Positions 62,295 through 64,000 of a DNA stretch of 64,000 nt are shown in pieces. Location: positions 5,270,001 through 5,334,000 of the forward strand of contig NC_043021.1 in assembly GCF_006345805.1 (NCBI RefSeq), in the 5' to 3' direction. The stretch comes from Octopus sinensis. Lineage: Eukaryota. The translations under genes and the position numbers were made by a program. The notes below the pieces were generated by a model that was given only the letters and a program-made list of their open reading frames with translations, searched no databases and was not told where the DNA came from. Position 1 is the stretch's first letter, and each line of letters begins with the position of its first letter.

Positions 62295-62549
62295 ACACAG
62301 ACATACACACACACACACACACAGACACACACACAGACACACACACACACACACACACACAGACACACAACACACACAACACACACACAGACACACACAC
62401 ACACACACAGAGACACACACACAGAGACACACACACAGACACACACACACAGACACACACACACAGACACACACACACAGACACACACACACAGACACAC
62501 ACACACAGACACACACACACAGACACACACACACACACCACACACACAG

Positions 62550-62583
<34 letters not shown>

Positions 62584-62605
62584 ACACACACACACACACA
62601 CACCA

Positions 62606-62665
<60 letters not shown>

Positions 62666-62700
62666 CACACACACACAACACACACACACACACATATACT
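62235..62700. repeat. (CA)n/(CAGA) compound microsatellite
   Basis: Direct reading. Confidence 0.97.
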
Positions 62701-64000
62701 CACTCATATTAACTCACTCTCACACTCACATGATATTTTTGTCCTACAAAGTTTTAAAATAATTTTCCCCCTGACCCTGACCCTTATTTGCCTGTCTGTT
62801 GTCTTTGTTGCTTTGCAAACCCCCGGACACCCAATCTGCTTATGTAACTGTAGTTTCAAAAATTGATTGTTTTTGCTTTTGCCTTTTTTTTAATGAGTGA
62901 ATGGCATTTCAAAAATTATGTATCATCACCATTGCCACTACCATTGCCTTCACCGTCATCACAACTGTTAGTATTCATCACCACTACTGCCTCCACCTTC
63001 AAGACCACTAGTATTATCACCACCACCACCACCACCACCATCATCAAGACCTAGTATCACCACCACCAACACTTCTATCATTATCAAGACCATTAGTACC
63101 TGTACTGACAGATCCCCCGCATTCATGTCTCAAACTTAGCTCTTCTTGAGGCCCACTATCCTGATATCTTCATTCTTTGTCATCTATGAACACACACACA
63201 CACACACACAACTCATCCTCTCTCTCCCTCCCCTTCTCTCTCCCATCCTCTATCTATCCCCTCTCTCTCCCACTCCTTGTTACTGAGAACAAATAGCATT
63301 TTGTTTGTTTTGTCTATCACACAATCATACTTGACTTGCACAATCAGCTCTCTCTCTCTCCCTCTCTCTCGCCCTCTCCCCCCTCTCTCTCTTTCTAGCT
63401 GATGCAATTAACCCTCTTGATATCACTCCACTTGAGATTGCCCCCTGGTTCTATGATAAAAACTTCCTGTTTTAATGTGACCTGAGTTGAAAGTTTCCAC
63501 CATAATTTCATGCTCTTATGTCCCAAATATCAACTTAACAACGATAAAGTTACTTTGCTAAATTATTGATTGTTTTCAAAATTAATTGAATCATGAGAAT
63601 TGGATCTCAACAGAAATGCATTAACAAAACAGTTGAAATCCAGTCAACATGCTCATGGCCATTTTGTACACTGAATGTCAACTTTACACATCCAATGTTC
63701 CATGCTTGCCTTATTCTTATCTGTTCTTTACAGACCAGTATTCAGTACCCTTGTCTCACTATAATGCAGCATCATATCTCTTAAATATTTTCATAGGCGC
63801 AGGAGTGGCTGTGTGGTAATTAGCTTGTTTACCAACCACATGGTTCTGGGTTCAGTCCCACCGCGAGGCATCTTGAGCAAGTGTCTTCTACTATAGCCTC
63901 GGGCCGACCAAAGCCTTGTGAGTGGATTTGGTAGACGGAAACTGAAAGAAGCCTGTTGTATATATGTATATATATATATATATATGTGTGTGTTTGTGTG

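Noticed and set aside
61972-62866. Long CV/HT ORFs
   Set aside because: (CA)n/(CAGA) microsatellite artefacts.
1-64000. CRISPR arrays, operons, prophage, rRNA
   Set aside because: Intron-containing eukaryotic DNA; repeated units are TE-derived without repeat-spacer organisation, and no rRNA similarity was seen.

Overview
Eukaryotic, AT-rich, repeat-dense genomic DNA. The repeat landscape suggests an octopus-like coleoid cephalopod (inference, not verifiable here). The only host gene I can support is the 3' two-thirds of a lysosomal beta-glucuronidase (GUSB, GH2) on the + strand. It has 8 coding exons (90-283, 2813-2950, 4357-4532, 5900-6046, 7762-7846, 10396-10572, 14086-14221, 16182-16345) that splice GT-AG in frame into ~405 aa. 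Both catalytic glutamates (NEP, TEYG) and the GNKKG motif are present; the 5' exons lie upstream of the window. The remaining ~48 kb has no recognisable host coding exon and is a transposon mosaic. It holds three tRNA-derived SINE families, RTE, RTE-X, CR1/L2-group and L1/Tx1 LINE fragments, and a nearly intact DD34D mariner with two stops and one frameshift. It also holds a DD37D maT fragment, Tc1-, piggyBac-, hAT- and Merlin-like MITEs, non-autonomous Helitrons and long microsatellites. Best leads: (1) a ~190-bp repeat in three copies that folds as a minimal type I hammerhead ribozyme (Penelope/retrozyme-like); (2) two near-perfect long hairpins (51-bp and 89-bp arms); (3) a Helitron with a fully palindromic 41-nt end inserted in a foldback element; (4) a LINE-SINE shared 3' stem-loop; (5) a dimeric SINE mobilised as a unit; (6) a sharp CpG-depletion boundary ~5 kb past the GUSB stop. 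I cannot establish that any of these is previously undescribed.
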